From NCBI GenBank assembly GCA_030390025.1, contig JASTWF010000362.1, positions 248,001 through 312,000 of the forward strand: DNA of 64,000 bases, in the 5' to 3' direction. Shown here one piece after another: positions 27,745 through 42,030 of this stretch; the stretch's first letter is position 1, and the number at the start of each line of letters is the position of its first letter. A program made the position numbers and the translations under genes. The notes beneath the pieces are model-generated. The model had not been told where the DNA came from and searched no databases. It worked only from the letters and a program-made list of their open reading frames with translations. The DNA is from Squalus acanthias. Lineage: Eukaryota.

Positions 27745-30700
27745 TCATCGAGTACGGTGGTTGTGTTCAGCACCGCTGAGAACGTGCCGCTCACTGGGGG
27801 GAAAAAAAAAATTGTTCAGAAGCAAGCTCTCTGCTTACACACTTTCAATCCGAGAACTTCCCAAACAACACAGTAAACATGAGTTCCAAAAAAGAACCGA
27901 ACAGCATTGAATACAACCCAAGGGCTCCATGAGAAGCACAGACACATAAGAAATAGGAGCAGGAGTCGGCCCTACGGCCCATCGAGCCTGCTCCACCATT
28001 CAGTAAGATCATGGCTGATCTTCGACCTCAACTCCACTTTCCCGCCCGATCCCCATATCTCCCTTGATTCCCTTCGAGTCTAAAAATCTATCGATCTCAG
28101 CCTTGAATATACTCAACGATTCAGCATCCAGCATCCTCTGGGGTAGAGAATTCCAAAGATTCACAACCCCACATCACTAGCAGGACACAATAATTCTTTA
28201 CGGTGAAGTCCATGCCTCGAGTGCAGATGGGTACTGAGCTGGACCTGATTAACCTGTTGCGGGATAGAACTAACCACGCCAAACTGCGGAACAAATGTGG
28301 CAGTGGGGCTCCGACTGCCCATCACAGCACAGGCGGTAGAATACTCCCCAGACTTTGAGTTTATAGTTGCACATTCGTTTTCTTTTCCTTCTGCAATGGG
28401 CACACAGATTCAGCTGCTCCTCGGTGTGTTTTGTGGTAATCTCCCAGTCAAAGTAAATATAGAGGGATGCTGGATTACTCCTCCTGAACAGCAGTGAGGA
28501 ATTACACAAAGGGAAAGCAAAGCAGTAAGCAGACTACGGGAAGCTTTGGGATACGGTGACCTTTCACTGCCGACAGGCACCGACTATCATTTAAATGAAA
28601 TGCACCAGGGATCTCCAGAAGCACCACAGCTCAAACCTCCCCTTTTCAATATAAATGGAGCCACCATGGGTTGGGAGAAGCGAAGGGAAGTATTTGAGTA
28701 AAATAATGTCTCTCTTCCCCCACACTCCCAATGAAGGTTTACATTGATGCAAGTTGGGGGAACCCCGCCCCCCACCATCTTGACCCCTGGCTGGAACTGT
28801 TTGCAGAGCAAACCAGGAAGTAAAATGCACAGATTATAATTGACTTTTTATTCCTTTTAGAGAGCGCGAAATAAAGATTGGGACACACACATAGGATTAA
28901 GGTAGAAGCTGAAATATCATAAACAAACTTTTAAAAATAAAAATTATTATATTATAAACCATGTAATTCTTTTCATATTAATTGATTTGAATTGATTGCC
29001 GGCTCCGGGGAGATCCACAGCGCAACCTGTGGAGAAGCGTAGAATCACTGACAGCAACTTCTGGATTTCTGCATTTATCTGCACGTGCGCTAACTCCAGA
29101 ATTTGCTATCAGTTTCAGAGGAGCGATGACAGCGAATGCTGACAGTTTCGCCGTCATTCCCACTGCAAAATCAGGGCCAAGAGATCTGGGAATATGTGGG
29201 TTAGGACTAGAAAATGATCATGAAAACTAATATCCTTCAGAGAAGGGAACCTGCCATCCTACCCGGTCTGGCCTGCATGTGACTCCAGTCCTACACTACA
29301 TGGATGACCATCAGGACAACTAAGGATGGGCAAATGAATACTGCCTTGTTCTCCACATCCTACAAACAAATATCAAGAAGACAGGGTCTCCACAACTGAC
29401 CTGGCTTAGAGCCGATTCCAGCTCCCGATTGCGATCCACTGATCTCAGCTGCTGTGTGAACAGAAGCAGGCGTGGCTGTGAATCTACCCAACCTTTGGAT
29501 GGAACAGCCCACCGACATCCACTGTCATGGAGGCTGGTCACTTGGGCAAGGTACCAGAAGGTGATTGTGAAACTGGACCCCAGCAAGGGATCAACTGCTT
29601 CAGGAGAGGAAGGGAGAAATGGAGTGGAAAAGTAAAATGATCCAAGTTAGAGACCGTGGCCCACTCATTCCTGGGCCTGGAATCAAGTGACGTTACACTT
29701 AGAGATTGATAGTGAGACCCAGTGTCTTGTTTCCCAGGCAGCAGTCTGTGACACTGCTTCTCCAACACGGGTTATATAGGACCCCTCTGGTATTATCAAG
29801 AGTTAAGAACATAAGAATTAGGAGCAGGAGTCGGCCATACGGCCCCTCGAGCCTGCTCCGCCATTCAATAAGATCACGGCTGATCTTCGACCTCAACTCC
29901 ACTTTCCCGATCGATCCCCATATCGCTTGATTCCCCGAGAGTCCAAAAATCTATCGATCTCAGCCTTGAATATACTCAACGACTCAGCATTCACAGCCCT
30001 CTGGGGCAGAGAATTCCAAAGATTCACAACCCTCTGAGTGAAGAAATTCCTCCTCATCTCAGTCCTAAATGGCCGACCCCTTATCCTGAAACTGTGCCCC
30101 TAGTTCTAGACTCTCCAGCCAGGGGAAACAACCTCTCAGCATCTACCCTGTCAATCCCCCTCAGAATCTTATACGTTTCAATATATTACTACAGTAAATC
30201 ACTCTGTGAAGTTAGATCAGTGATAACAGAAATGAATGTTTCTCAAATGATTTCTCAAACTAGTCTGCAGCAGTTTAATCCAATGCAAACTGTATTAAAG
30301 CCACATATACTCCAGAATACACACTCTAGTATTTGTGTAAAGTCTGTTATACATTCTAAGTAGAGTTTTATCATGAGCACTACCCAGGCAGCTGAAAACA
30401 CCATCTTCTTGATGTTTCCTAGGGTCCCAGCACCGTGCTACCTCACTCCATGTCATGGGTCAGTACCCAGCGGGAGTAAGCTGGCCCTGATCACAAGACC
30501 AGCTGCCTTGGATGCTGAGTCATTCAGTATATTCAAGGCTGAGACAGATACATTTTTGGACTCTAGGAGAATCAAGGGATAGTGCAGTAAAGTGGAGTTG
30601 AGGTCGAAGATCAGCCATGATCTTATTGAATGGCGGAGCAGCTCAAGGGGCCGTATAGTCGACTCCTGCTCCTAGTTCTTGTGCATGGTAGACAGATATA

Positions 30701-31256
30701 GACCAACGGTAGGAGCCTTGCCTGGAGTATCCATGCATTCCCCTTACACTCTCAGTTGAAGCACAGTAAATCCTGCTCAGAACATCTCATTTTTATACAC
30801 GAGGCAACAGTCCAACTAGCTTCTCGTTAACCTATGGTTTAAGCATCTCCGCTCCCATTCGAACACCTAACACAGAGGATTCTAGGCTCCGATAGAGAGA
30901 ACTGTCTCGCAGACAGCTGGAATTTGCTCCTTCGCCCCTCCCATTGCCACCGTTACAGCTGAGCTGATACAGTCCTGCAAAATTCCCCACACAAACTAGA
31001 CGCCTTTGTACAGCACTGCTCGTGGGCAGTGAGGAGTTTCACCAAAAAGGGCAGGAAATTTTCCACTTTGAAAGCCAGTAATTTAAGGGGCAACTCAACT
31101 AGCGAGATGGTGAATGTGAGGAGGGGTGGCAGCATGCTTCACGATACAACAGAACTGCTTCAAAAAGTAAGGTTGCTTGGGAGGAGAGACTGCACGCCTT
31201 TAACAGTCAGAAAGGTTGTGTATCCGTGAATGTGGGACCAATAGTGATCAGCTCAG

Positions 31257-31700
31257 ATCAGCCGTGGCTCAGTTGGTTGCACTCTCTCTCACCTCTGGGT
31301 CAGAAGGTTGTGGGTTCAAGTCCTACTCCAGAGCACAAAAATCTAGGCTGACACTCCCAGTGCAGTGCTGAGGGAGAGCCGCACTGTCGGAGGGGCTGTC
31401 TTTCGGATGAGACGTTAAACCGAGGCCCTGTCTGCTCTCTCAGGTGGACGTAAAAAATCCCATGGCACTATTTCGAAGAGGAGCAGGGGAGTTATCCCTG
31501 GTGTCCTGGGGCCAATATTTATCCCTCAATCAACATCATTAAAACAGATTATCTGATCATTATCACATTGCTGCTTGTGGGAGCTTGCTGTGCGTAAATT
31601 GGCTGCCGCGTTTCCTACATTACAACAGTGACTACACTTCAAAAAGTACTTCACGGCTGTGGCTGTGAAAGGCGCTATATAAATGCAAGTCTTTCTTGCT
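31257..31700 (+). mobile_element. Deu-domain SINE
   Basis: Near full-length copy. Confidence 0.88.
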
Positions 31701-32317
31701 TTCAGACAGTAATACAAGGAGACGTTGGATCATACTTTCTTCCCATCAAGCACTTTGGTTCCACACTCAACACGAATTACGACCCGTACTCTGGAGCCAA
31801 GACACACTCATTTGGAGCAACAGATTCTATGAAGTTCTCTATTGCAGCAATCATCTAGAAACTGAACCACTGGATTCAGCAGCCTTACATTCAATGCTAA
31901 TCTCTGCTCTTTGCACACAGCAGTCATCACCCTTAACGCCAGGATTAATAAGATTATTGCAAAATTGTTTATAAAGACTGGAACAAGGCTGATTTGACAG
32001 GGCACTGACCACAATTAGCAACATTCCACAAGACCAGGATCTAATGCAGTGATCATCTTTTAATCGGTGCGTTAGCCCCTCAGAAAAACAACCCTGATCC
32101 TCCCCTCACGGACCAAGACTAGCAGACAGACAGAAAACCTCTCAGGCCGGTACTGCGTTCAGTTCTAGGCACCCAATCATAGGGGTGACATTACTGCCCT
32201 GAGCTAGAGTGATTCCCAGATAAGGATGTTGGGCTTGTTTTTTACTTTATGAAAGAGGAGAATCGGGTGACTGAAGTTTTCCAGATTGTGAGGAATTGAC
32301 ATAACTGATAAATTGCT

Positions 32318-33765
32318 CACGGCACAGCGAAGGCTCAGACACCGCGGCACAGCGAGGGGTTCAGACACCGCGGCACAGCGAGGGGTTCAGACACCGCGGC
32401 ACAGCGAGGGGTTCAGACACCGCGGCACAGCGAGGGGTTCAGACACCGCGGCACAGCGAGGGGTTCAGACACCGCGGCACAGCGAGGGGTTCAAACACCG
32501 CGGCACAGCGAGGGGTTCAGACACCGCGGCACAGCGAAGGCTCAAACACCACGGCACAGCGGAAGGTTCAACACCACGGCACAGCGGAAGGTTCAACACC
32601 ACGGCACAGCGAAGGTTCAAACACCACGGCACAGCGGAAGGTTCAACACCACGGCACAGCGGAAGGTTCAAACACCACGGCACAGCGGAAGGTTCAAACA
32701 CCACGGCACAGCGAAGGTTCAAACACCACGGCACAGCGGAAGGTTCAAACACCACGGCACAGCGGAAGGTTCAACACCACGGCACAGCGGAAGGTTCAGA
32801 CACCACGGCACAGCGAAGGTTCAGACACCGCGGCACAGCGAGGGGTTCAAATACCGCGGCACAGCGGAAGGTTCAGACACCACGGCACAGCGAAGGTTCA
32901 GACACCGCGGCACAGCGAGGGGTTCAGACACCACGGCACAGCGAAAGGTTCAGACACCGCGGCACAGCGAAGGCTCAAACATCACGGCACAGCGGAAGGT
33001 TCAACACCACGGCACAGCGGAAGGTTCAACACCATGGCACAGCGGAAGGTTCAACACCACGGCACAGCGAAAGGTTCAAACACCACGGCACAGCGGAAGG
33101 TTCAAACACCACGGCACAGCGAAGGTTCAAACACCACGGCACAGCGGAAGGTTCAACACCACGGCACAGCGAAGGTTCAACACCACGGCACAGCGAAGGT
33201 TCAACACCACGGCACAGCGAAGGTTCAAACACCGCGGCACAGCGAAGGTTCAAACACCGCGGCACAGCGAAGGTTCAAACACCACGGCAGGTTCAAACAC
33301 CACGGCACAGCGAAGGTTCAAACACCACAGCACAGCGGAAGGTTCAAACACCACGGCACAGCGGAAGGTTCAACACCACGGCACAGCGAAGGTTCAACAC
33401 CACGGCACAGCGAAGGTTCAAACACCGCGGCACAGCGAAGGTTCAAACACCGCGGCACAGCGAGAGGTTCAAACACCGCGACACAGCGGAAGGTTCAACA
33501 CCATGGCACAGCGAAGGTTCAAACACCACGGCACAGCGAGGGGTTCAGACACCACGGCACAGCGAAGGTTCAAACACCGCGGCACAGCGAGGGGTTCAGA
33601 CACCGCGGCACAGCGAAGGTTCAGACACCGCGGCACAGCGACGGGTTCAGACACCGCGGCACAGCGAGGGGTTCAAACACCGCGGCACAGCGAGGGGTTC
33701 AAACACCACGGCACAGTGAGGGGTTCAAACACCGCGGTACTGCGGAAGGTTCAAACACCGCGACA
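32318..33765. repeat. 24-26-bp minisatellite (about 55-60 variant units)
   Basis: Unit acc(a/g)cggcacagcg(ag/ga)aggttca(g/a)ac. Confidence 0.97.
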
Positions 33766-35104
33766 CATGGGGAAAAGAAGAAAGGGAGTCAGGTGGAACA
33801 TTTTCACCCAAGGGGTAAGAGGACAGTATAAAGAGGTTCAGTTGGATGAACTTGTGGAGAAAGGATTGAGGCGTATGGTGAGGTGAGTAGGTGGGGGCTA
33901 ATCGATGAAAAGGGGGCTGAATTGTTGAGCCCCAAGGGCTTTTTCCAGTAACATTAGGAACAGGAGGAGGCCATTCAGCCCCTCGAGCCTGTTCCACCAT
34001 TCAATGAGATCATGGCTGAGCAGTATCCTCAACTCCATCTACCCACCCTGTCTCGGTAACCCTTGCCTCAACATTCATCTCAAACAAACCCCAATCCTAT
34101 GAGCTTTTAGTTATTAAATAAAGACTTTCAATCATTCACAGCTATAAAAAAAATGGGATGCCTGCAGGATATAATGGGTCTGAGCAGTCTGGCTTCCTCA
34201 GCCAACTCTAATAACTGTTGGGGGACAGTGAAGCAAACTTGCAGTTGTACAGTAATTTAGCACATCCCAAAGTGCTCGACTGCAAACAAATTACTTTGGA
34301 AGTGTGGCAATTGTTGTTGTGCAGGCAAATATGGCAACCAATCTGTGCACAGCAAGATTCCACAAACAGCGAGCGAGACAAATAACCAGTCAATTGATTT
34401 TTGCCGGTGTTGGTTGAGGGATGAATGCTGACCAGGGCAGCTTGCTTTTCCTCGGATGCTGCCACGGGATCGCCAAGGTCCATCGAAACCAGTAGACAGG
34501 ACCCCGGTTTAACAGATCCGACGGACGGCACCTCGGACAATGCGGCACTGCCTCAGTCAGTTCAAGCCCTGATGTGGGGCTAGATTAAAATAAAAGCACC
34601 TACACTGGTATTCAGCAAGCTGCCTGGAGTGGCAGGGAACCATTTCCAGCCTCATTATCGAGGATACTTCCACGCTGCTGTCTCCGAGGGCCTGGACCAA
34701 CGCGATACTTGCTCCAGAATGCATAGCCCAGGGACAATCAGGAGGGAGCAGAGGATGTGAGAGGGAAGAGGTACATGTCCATGTAGACTGATTCCGGCTA
34801 ATACAGGTCCATACAGACTGCAGTCGATAGCTGGTCCTTTAAACAGACATTAACCACCCTCCTGAACAAATTCAGGTTGCTCAATCATTACCTGCAGTGT
34901 CATAATGTCTGAAAATGACCACCCAGAGTACATTCCACAAGGTACCAGTGGGGACCGCTCCTGGACAGCCCCCGGCTGTAGATACAATATCCTTCAACAT
35001 TTTGAAACAACAGGATTAGTTCTGCAGTATCTTTGCAGGACAGGCGTACAAGAAATAGCCAAGAATCACGAGGGGCATGTGAAAAATCAAACATGCCAAA
35101 GAAA

Positions 35105-35525
35105 AAAAAGACTTGCATTTCTATAGCGACTTTCACAACCTCAGGACACCCCGAAGCACTTTACAGGCAATGAAGTGCTTTTTGAAATGCATCACTGTTG
35201 TAATGTAGAAAACGCAGCAACCAATTTGCACACAGCAAACTCCCACAAACAGCAATGTGATAATGACCAGATAATCTGTTTTAGTGATGTTGATTGAGGA
35301 ATAAATATTGGCCAGGACACCGGGGAGAACTCCCCTGCTCTTCTTCGAAATAGTAGCCATGGGATCTTTTACATCCACCCGAGAGGGCAGACGGGGCCTC
35401 GGTTTAACGCCTCATCCGAAAGACGGCACCTCCGACAGTGCAGCACTCCCTCAGCACTGCACTGGCGTGTCAACCTAGATTTTTGTGCTCAAGTCCCTGG
35501 AGTGGAACTTGAACCCACAACCTCC
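35105..35525 (-). mobile_element. Deu-domain SINE
   Basis: Reverse-complement copy; a more degenerate one lies at about 34250-34590. Confidence 0.85.
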
Positions 35526-36257
35526 TGACAATAAGCAGGCACGGAAGGATGGAACCCGAGTGACTGAAATACATGTCTTTGAACGAGCTGCAGTAAAATA
35601 TGAAGATACGTGCATTTGTAAGTAACAGGGAATTTTGTCCCTGTTCTCCCTCTCTCTGATGTTAACTCCTTGCAGGGGCATGGCTTCACAGATGTGCTGT
35701 TCCAGCAGGGGGGTCGCTAGATAGCCATTGGAACGGGAACGCTGGCTTATTTATGTCGCTGGGTCAAAATCCTGAAATTCCCTCCCTATCAGCACTGTGG
35801 GAGCACCTTCACCACACGGGACTGCAGCGGTACAAGGCGGCGGCTCACCACCACCTTCTCAAGGGCTACTAGGGATGGGCAATAAATTCTGGCTTTGCCA
35901 GCGATGCCCACATCCCAGGAACAAATGTTAAAAAATCACTTTTTCCTCTGGCATCAGTCCACAAATGACCAGATTTTATTGAACTGAAATTGCTGGAGTC
36001 AGGGATCTGACTCGATGACCGTAACCCTCTACACTGCTGCACCAGTGCAATACTCGGAATGCATCATCTCAAACTGCTCCCGCCACCAGTATTGCCCCCG
36101 AATGTCACATTGCTCAAAATGCTGTCCAGGCACAACCCAGGTTTGCCAGGGCAAAAATCTATAACCATACTATTGGGTGTTGTCACAAGTTCAAGTGGAC
36201 ATCTCATCAACAGTTCACACAGCCCGCATTATACTCTACTGAACTCATGGATACGTT

Positions 36258-36598
36258 CTTTTTATTCATTCGCTGGGTGCGCGCGTCGCTGGCAAGGCCA
36301 GCATTTACTGCCCATCCCAACCTGCCCTTAACTGAGTGGCTTGCTGGGCCATTTCAGAGGGCTGTTAAGAGTCACTGCCAGACCAGGTAAGGACGGCAGA
36401 TTTCCTTCCCTAAAGGACATTAGTGAACCAGATGGGTTTTTACAACAGGTTTCATGGTCACCATTACTGATGCTAGCTTTTGATTCCAGATTTATTTATT
36501 AACTGAATTTAAATTCCCCAGCTGCCGTGGTGGGGTTTGAACTCATGTCTCCAGGCTTCTGGATTACTAGTCCAGTAACATAACCACTATGCTACCGT
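36258..36598 (-). mobile_element. Second tRNA-derived SINE family
   Basis: Head ggtagcatagtggtta..gagttcaaacc; tail shared with the LINE at 22425/47425; fragment also at about 29215-29365 (+). Confidence 0.7.
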
Positions 36599-36899
36599 TC
36601 AAGGGGAAGCTTCATGCATTTAAAGGGAAACTAGATAAACACATGAGGGAGAAAGGAACAGAAGGATATGTTGATGGGGTGAGATGAAGAGGGGTGCGGG
36701 GAGGCTCGTGCGGTGCATAAACACCGGCATGGACCAGTGGGGCCGAATGGCCTGTTTCGGTGGTGTCGACGTGATGTAATTCCAGTGCCAGCGGTGTTTG
36801 TGATCGCTCCGCTCCTTCTGTCCCCGGCTGCGTGCAGTCGGCGGTGCGAGTGAACAAACGTGAGTCACTGGGGTTGGTCCACAGTGTGCAAGCTTCATC

Positions 36900-39145
36900 A
36901 GAACATAAGAATTAGGAGCAGGAGTCGGCCATTCGGCCCCTCGAGCCTGTTCCGCCATTCAATAAGATCATGGCTGATCTTCTGTCTCAACTCCACTTTC
37001 CTGAACTATCCCCATACCCCTTGATTCCTTTAGTATCCAAAAATCTATTGATCTGTCTTGAATATACTCAACGACTGAGCATCCACAGCACTTCTGGGGT
37101 GGAGAATTCCAAAGATTCACCACCCTCTGAGTAAAGAAATTCCTCATCTCAGTCCTAAATGGCCGACCCCTTATTCTGAGACTGTGACCCCTGGTTCTAG
37201 ACTCCCCAGCCAGGAGAAACATCCTCCCTGCATCTACCCTGTCAAGCCCTGTAAGAATTTTGTATGTTTCAATGAGATCACCTCTCATTCTTCTAAACTC
37301 TAGAGAATATAGGCCGTGTCTACTCAATCCCTCCTCATAGGACAATCCCCCCATCCCAGGAACCAGTCTGGTGAACCTTCGTTGCGTTCCCTCTGGCAAA
37401 TATATCCTTCCTTAGGTAAAGAGACCAAAACTGTACACAATACTCCAGGTGTGGTCTCACCAGGGCCCTATATAATTGCAGCAAGATGTCTTTACTCTTA
37501 TACTCAAAGCCTCTTGTAATAAAGGCCAACATACCATTTGCTTTCCTAATTGCTTGCTGTACCTGCATGTTAACTTTCAGTGATTCGTGTACAAGGACAC
37601 CCAGGTCCCTCTGAACACCAACATTTCCCAAACTCTCACCATTTAAAAAAAATCCTGCTTTTCTATTTTTCCTACCAAAGTGGATAACTTCACATTTCTC
37701 CACGCTATATTCCATTTGCCATGTTCTTGCCCACTCACTTAGCTTGTCTATATCCCCTTGAAGCTTCTTTGCATCCTCCTCACAACTTAAATTCCCACCT
37801 AGCTTTGTATCATCAGCAAACTTGGATATATTACATTTGGCCCCCTCATCCAAATCATTGATATAGATTGTGAATAGCTGAGGCCCAAGCACAGATTCTT
37901 GCGGTTCCCCCACTAGTTACAGCCTGCCGACCCGAAAATGACCCATTTATCCCTACTCTGTTTTCTGTCCGTTAACCAATCCTCAATCTATGCTAGTATA
38001 TTACCCCCAATCCCATGAGCCCTAATTTTGTTGAATAACCTCTTCTGTGGCACCTTATCGAATGCCTTCTGAAAATCCAAATACACCACATCCACTGGTT
38101 CCCCCTTATCTATTCTGCTAGTTACAACCTCAAAAATAGATTTGTCAAACATGATTTCCCTTTCAAAAATCCGTGTTGACTCTGCCCAATCCTATTATTA
38201 TGTTCTAAGTGCCCTGTTACCACATCCTTAATAATAGATTCTAGCATTTTCCCAACTACTGATGTCAGGCTAACTGGTCTGTAGTTCCCCGTTTTCTCTC
38301 TCCCTCCTTTCTTAAATAGTGGGGTTACATTTGCTACCTTCTAATCTGCGGGAACCATTCCAGAATCTATGGAATTTTGGAAGGTGACAACCAATGCAAC
38401 CACTATCTCTATAGCCACCTCTTTCAAAACCCTCGGATGTAGGCCATCAGGTCCAGGGGATTTATCGGCTTTCAGTCCCATTAATTTCTCCAGTACTGTT
38501 TTTTTTACTAATACTAATTTCTTTCAATTCCTCATTCTCGCTAGAGCCTTGGTTCTCCACTATTTCCGGGAGATTTTTTGCATCTTCTTCCATGAAGACA
38601 GACACAAAGTATTTGTCTAATTTCTCTGCCATTTCCTTATTCCCCATTATAATTTCTCCTGTCACAGCCTGTAAGGGACCCAACGTTTACTTTCGCTAAT
38701 CTTTTCCTTTTTACATACCTATAGAAAAGCTTTTACAGTCTGTTTTTATATCTCTTGCTAGTTTACTCTCATATTCTATTTTCTCTATGAATTTCTTGGT
38801 CCTCCTTTGCTGAATTCTAAAATCCCCTGAATCCTCAGGCTTACGATTCTTTTTGTTATTATACATTATAAGCCTCTTCCTTTAATCTAATGCTATCTTT
38901 AATTTCTCTCATTAGTCACAGTTGGACCATTTTTCCTGTGGTGTTTTTATTCCTTAAGGGAATGTATATTCATTGCGAATTCTTCATTATTTCTTTAAAT
39001 GTTTGCCATTGCTTTTCTACTGTCAGATCTTTTAATCTAGTTTCCCAATCTCCCTTAACCAACTCGCCTCTCATACCTACATAGTTTGCTTTGTTCAGAT
39101 TTAGGACCCTAGTTTCAGACTTAACTAAATCACTCTCAAACTCAA
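36900..39145 (-). mobile_element. CR1 LINE, about 2.2 kb of degenerate ORF2
   Basis: Frameshifted RT ORFs 36968-37913 and 38462-39170. Confidence 0.92.
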
Positions 39146-39242
39146 CCACAACATAAAATTCTAAAATCATTAAACTTTAGCATCCTCACAATGGATAGCC
39201 TCGGGAGAGGTTATTTTGACAAACACGCTGCTATTGGGTTCT

Positions 39243-40315
39243 GCAGGAAGCAAAGAGTTGGAATAAACAGGTCTTTTTCCGAGTGGCAGGCAGTGACTAG
39301 TGGGGTACTGCAGGGATCGGTGCTAGGACCCCAGCTATTCACAATATATTTTAATGATCTAGATGAGGGAACTAGATGTAATATCTCTAAGTTTGCAGAC
39401 GACACAAAGCTGGGTGGGCGTGTGTGCTGTGAGGAGGATGCAGAGAAACTCCAGGATGATTTGGACAGGTTGGGTGATTGGGCAGATGCATGGCAGATGC
39501 AGTATAATGTGGATAAATGCGAGGTTATCCACATTGGTGGCAAAAACAGGAAGACAGATTATTATCTGAACGGCAATAGATTGGGAAAAGGGGAAGTGCA
39601 AGGAGATCTGGGAGTCCTTGTGCACCAGTCGCTGAAGGTAAGCATGCAGGTGCAGCAGGCGGTTAAGAAGGCAAATGGTATGTTGGCCTTCATAGCGAGA
39701 GGATTCGAGCACAGGAGCAAGGATGTCTTGCTGCAGTTGTACAAGGCCTTGGTGAGACCACACCTTGAGTATTGTGTGCAGTTTTGGTCGCCTTATCTGA
39801 GGAAGGATGTTCTTGCCATGGAGAGAGTGCAGCGAAGATTTACCAGACTGATACCTGGGATGGCAGGAATGACGTATGAAGAGAGATTGGGTCGATTAGG
39901 CTTATATTCGCTAGAGTTTAGAAGAATGAGAGGGGATCTCATTGAAACTGATAAAATTCTAACAGGACTAGACAGACTAGATGCAGGAAGGATGTTCCCG
40001 ATGGCCGGGGAGTCCAGAACCAGGGGTCACAGTCTAAGGATAAGGGGTAAGCCATTTAGGACTGAGATGAGGAGGAATTTCTTCACCCAGAGAGTGGTGA
40101 ACCTGTGGAATTCTCGACCACAGAAGGCAGTAGAGGCCAATTCATTAAATATATTCAAGAAGGAGATAGATATATTTCTTAAGGCTAAAGGGATCAAGGG
40201 ATATGGGGAGAAAGCAGGGACAGGGTACTGAATTTGGATGATCAGCCATGATCTCATTGAATGGCGGAGCAGGCTCGAGGGGCCGAATGGCCTACTCCTG
40301 CTCCTATCTTCTATG
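39243..40315 (+). mobile_element. CR1 LINE RT/3' fragment with open frame
   Basis: ORF 39191-40231 with QGSVLGP and KFADDTK; CR1 3'UTR. Confidence 0.93.
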
Positions 40316-41034
40316 CCTATTTATTGTGGTGGGACAACTGGGCAGGCCCAGCACCTTCAACACATAGAACGGCACAGCACAGACCACCATTCGGCCCATC
40401 GTGCCTGTGATATAAAAACCCTGCTCCTCCCGATAACCAATGGGTTGGTTATATACACCACACACACACACACAGACTTTGGGTGATTTACACGCGAGGA
40501 TCATTAGAGTCAGGTTTTATTGTCAATTTAAAAACCTGCGTACTTTGAGCTTTTGTAGGCTTTACTTTTAGTCTAAAAAAAGGGATAAATCAGTGAGGAA
40601 AATGGGACCCATAAAAACCCAGGTAAATCGAAGGGGGAAAAAAACCCCAGTAAAAGTTTTTATTTTGAGCATCACTAAAACTCGCAAACAAGCAAGGGGA
40701 CTTAAAAGTACAAACAAACTAAATGACAAGCGAGAATGATTTACAGTTTCTGGTACCAGTTCTATGAGGCAGACTCCCTCAACACCGAGAGAGTCATTCT
40801 TAAATTAAAAGTAAAATCGAGGAACATGTGTTTATTGATGTGGCCCCAGACACTTACCCTGCCACTATGATTGAGGGATAATAAAAATTCTTGGCAACTA
40901 TGCGCATGGGAAAGGTTGCGAGCTTGCATTTAGTAAATAACATTCGAGTGTGTGATCAGAGTTTGCCCTTGAATGATGACTGGAGGGTGGTAGGACTGGA
41001 GGGTGGTAGGGCTGGAGGAGGTTCGGGAGATAGG

Positions 41035-42030
41035 GAGGCTCCAAGGATCAGTGCTTGGGCCTCAGCTATTCACAATCTCTATCAATGATTTGGATGAGGG
41101 GACCAAATGTAATATATTCAAGTTTGCTGATGATACAAAGCTAGGTGGGAATTTAAGTTGTGAGGAGGATGCAAAGAGGCTTCAGGGGGATATGGACAAG
41201 CTAATTGAGTGGGCAAGAACATGACAAATGGAATATAATGTGGAGAAATGTGAAGTTATCCACTTTCGTAGGAAAAATAGAAAAGCAGAGTATTTTTTAA
41301 ATGGTGAGAGATTGGGAAATGTTGGTGTTCAGAGGGACCTGGGTGTCCTTGTACACGAATCACTGAAAGTTACCATGCAGGTACAGCAAGCAATTAGGAA
41401 AGCAAATGGTATGTTGGCCTTTATTACAAGAGGATTTGAGTATAAGAGTAAAAATGTCTTACTGCAATTATATAGGGCCCCGGTGAGACTACACCTGGAG
41501 TATTGTGTACAGTTTTGGTCTCCTTGCCATAGAGGGAGTGCAACGAAGGTTCACCAGACTGATTCCTGGGATGGGGGGATTGTCCTATGAGGAGAGATTG
41601 AGTAGACTAGGCCTATATTCTCTAGAGTTTAGAAGAATGAGAGGTGATCTCATTGAAACATACAAAATTCTTACAGGGCTTGACAGGGTAGATGCAGGGA
41701 GGATGTTTCCCCTGGCTGGGGAGTCTAGAACCAGGAGTCACAGTCTCAGAATAAGGGGTCGGCCATTTAGGACTGAGATGAGGAGCAATTTCGTCACTCA
41801 GAGGGTGGTGAATCTTTGGAATTCTCTACCCCAGAGAGCTGTGGAGGCTCAGTTATTGAGTATATTCAAGACAGAGATCGATGGATTTTTGGATATTAAG
41901 GGAATCAAGGGGTATGGGGATAGTGCAGGAAAGTGGAGTTGAGGTCGAAGATCAGCCATGATCTTATTGAATGGCGGAGCAGGCTCGAGGGGCCGAATGG
42001 CCGACTCCTGCTCCTATTTCTTATGTTCTT
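41035..42030 (+). mobile_element. CR1 LINE RT/3' fragment
   Basis: Near-identical inverted copy of 36900-37915; another CR1 piece at 43555-43975. Confidence 0.92.

Noticed and set aside
32318..33765. cacagcg (RSS-heptamer-like) and ggttcaa (B-box-like) motifs in the array
   Set aside because: No nonamer at 12/23 spacing and no A box; short chance matches.
32313..33886. 468-aa ORF and CRISPR-like repeat appearance
   Set aside because: Head-to-tail minisatellite with no unique spacers and no cas genes; vertebrate context.
36771..36784. gtgatgtaattcca, resembling the start of SNORD62 (recalled as PRRC2B-hosted)
   Set aside because: Antisense to PRRC2B, at a CR1 3' tail, with no matching D box or terminal stem; probably chance. 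No snoRNA could be supported in the window.
39191..40231. 346-aa RT ORF as a host gene or novel RT system
   Set aside because: 5'-truncated CR1 ORF2 with a typical CR1 3'UTR; the Met comes from flanking DNA.
40850..40910. Strong minus-strand donor AGG|GTAAGT as a possible PRRC2B UTR exon
   Set aside because: No convincing acceptor or promoter; cannot be supported without transcripts.
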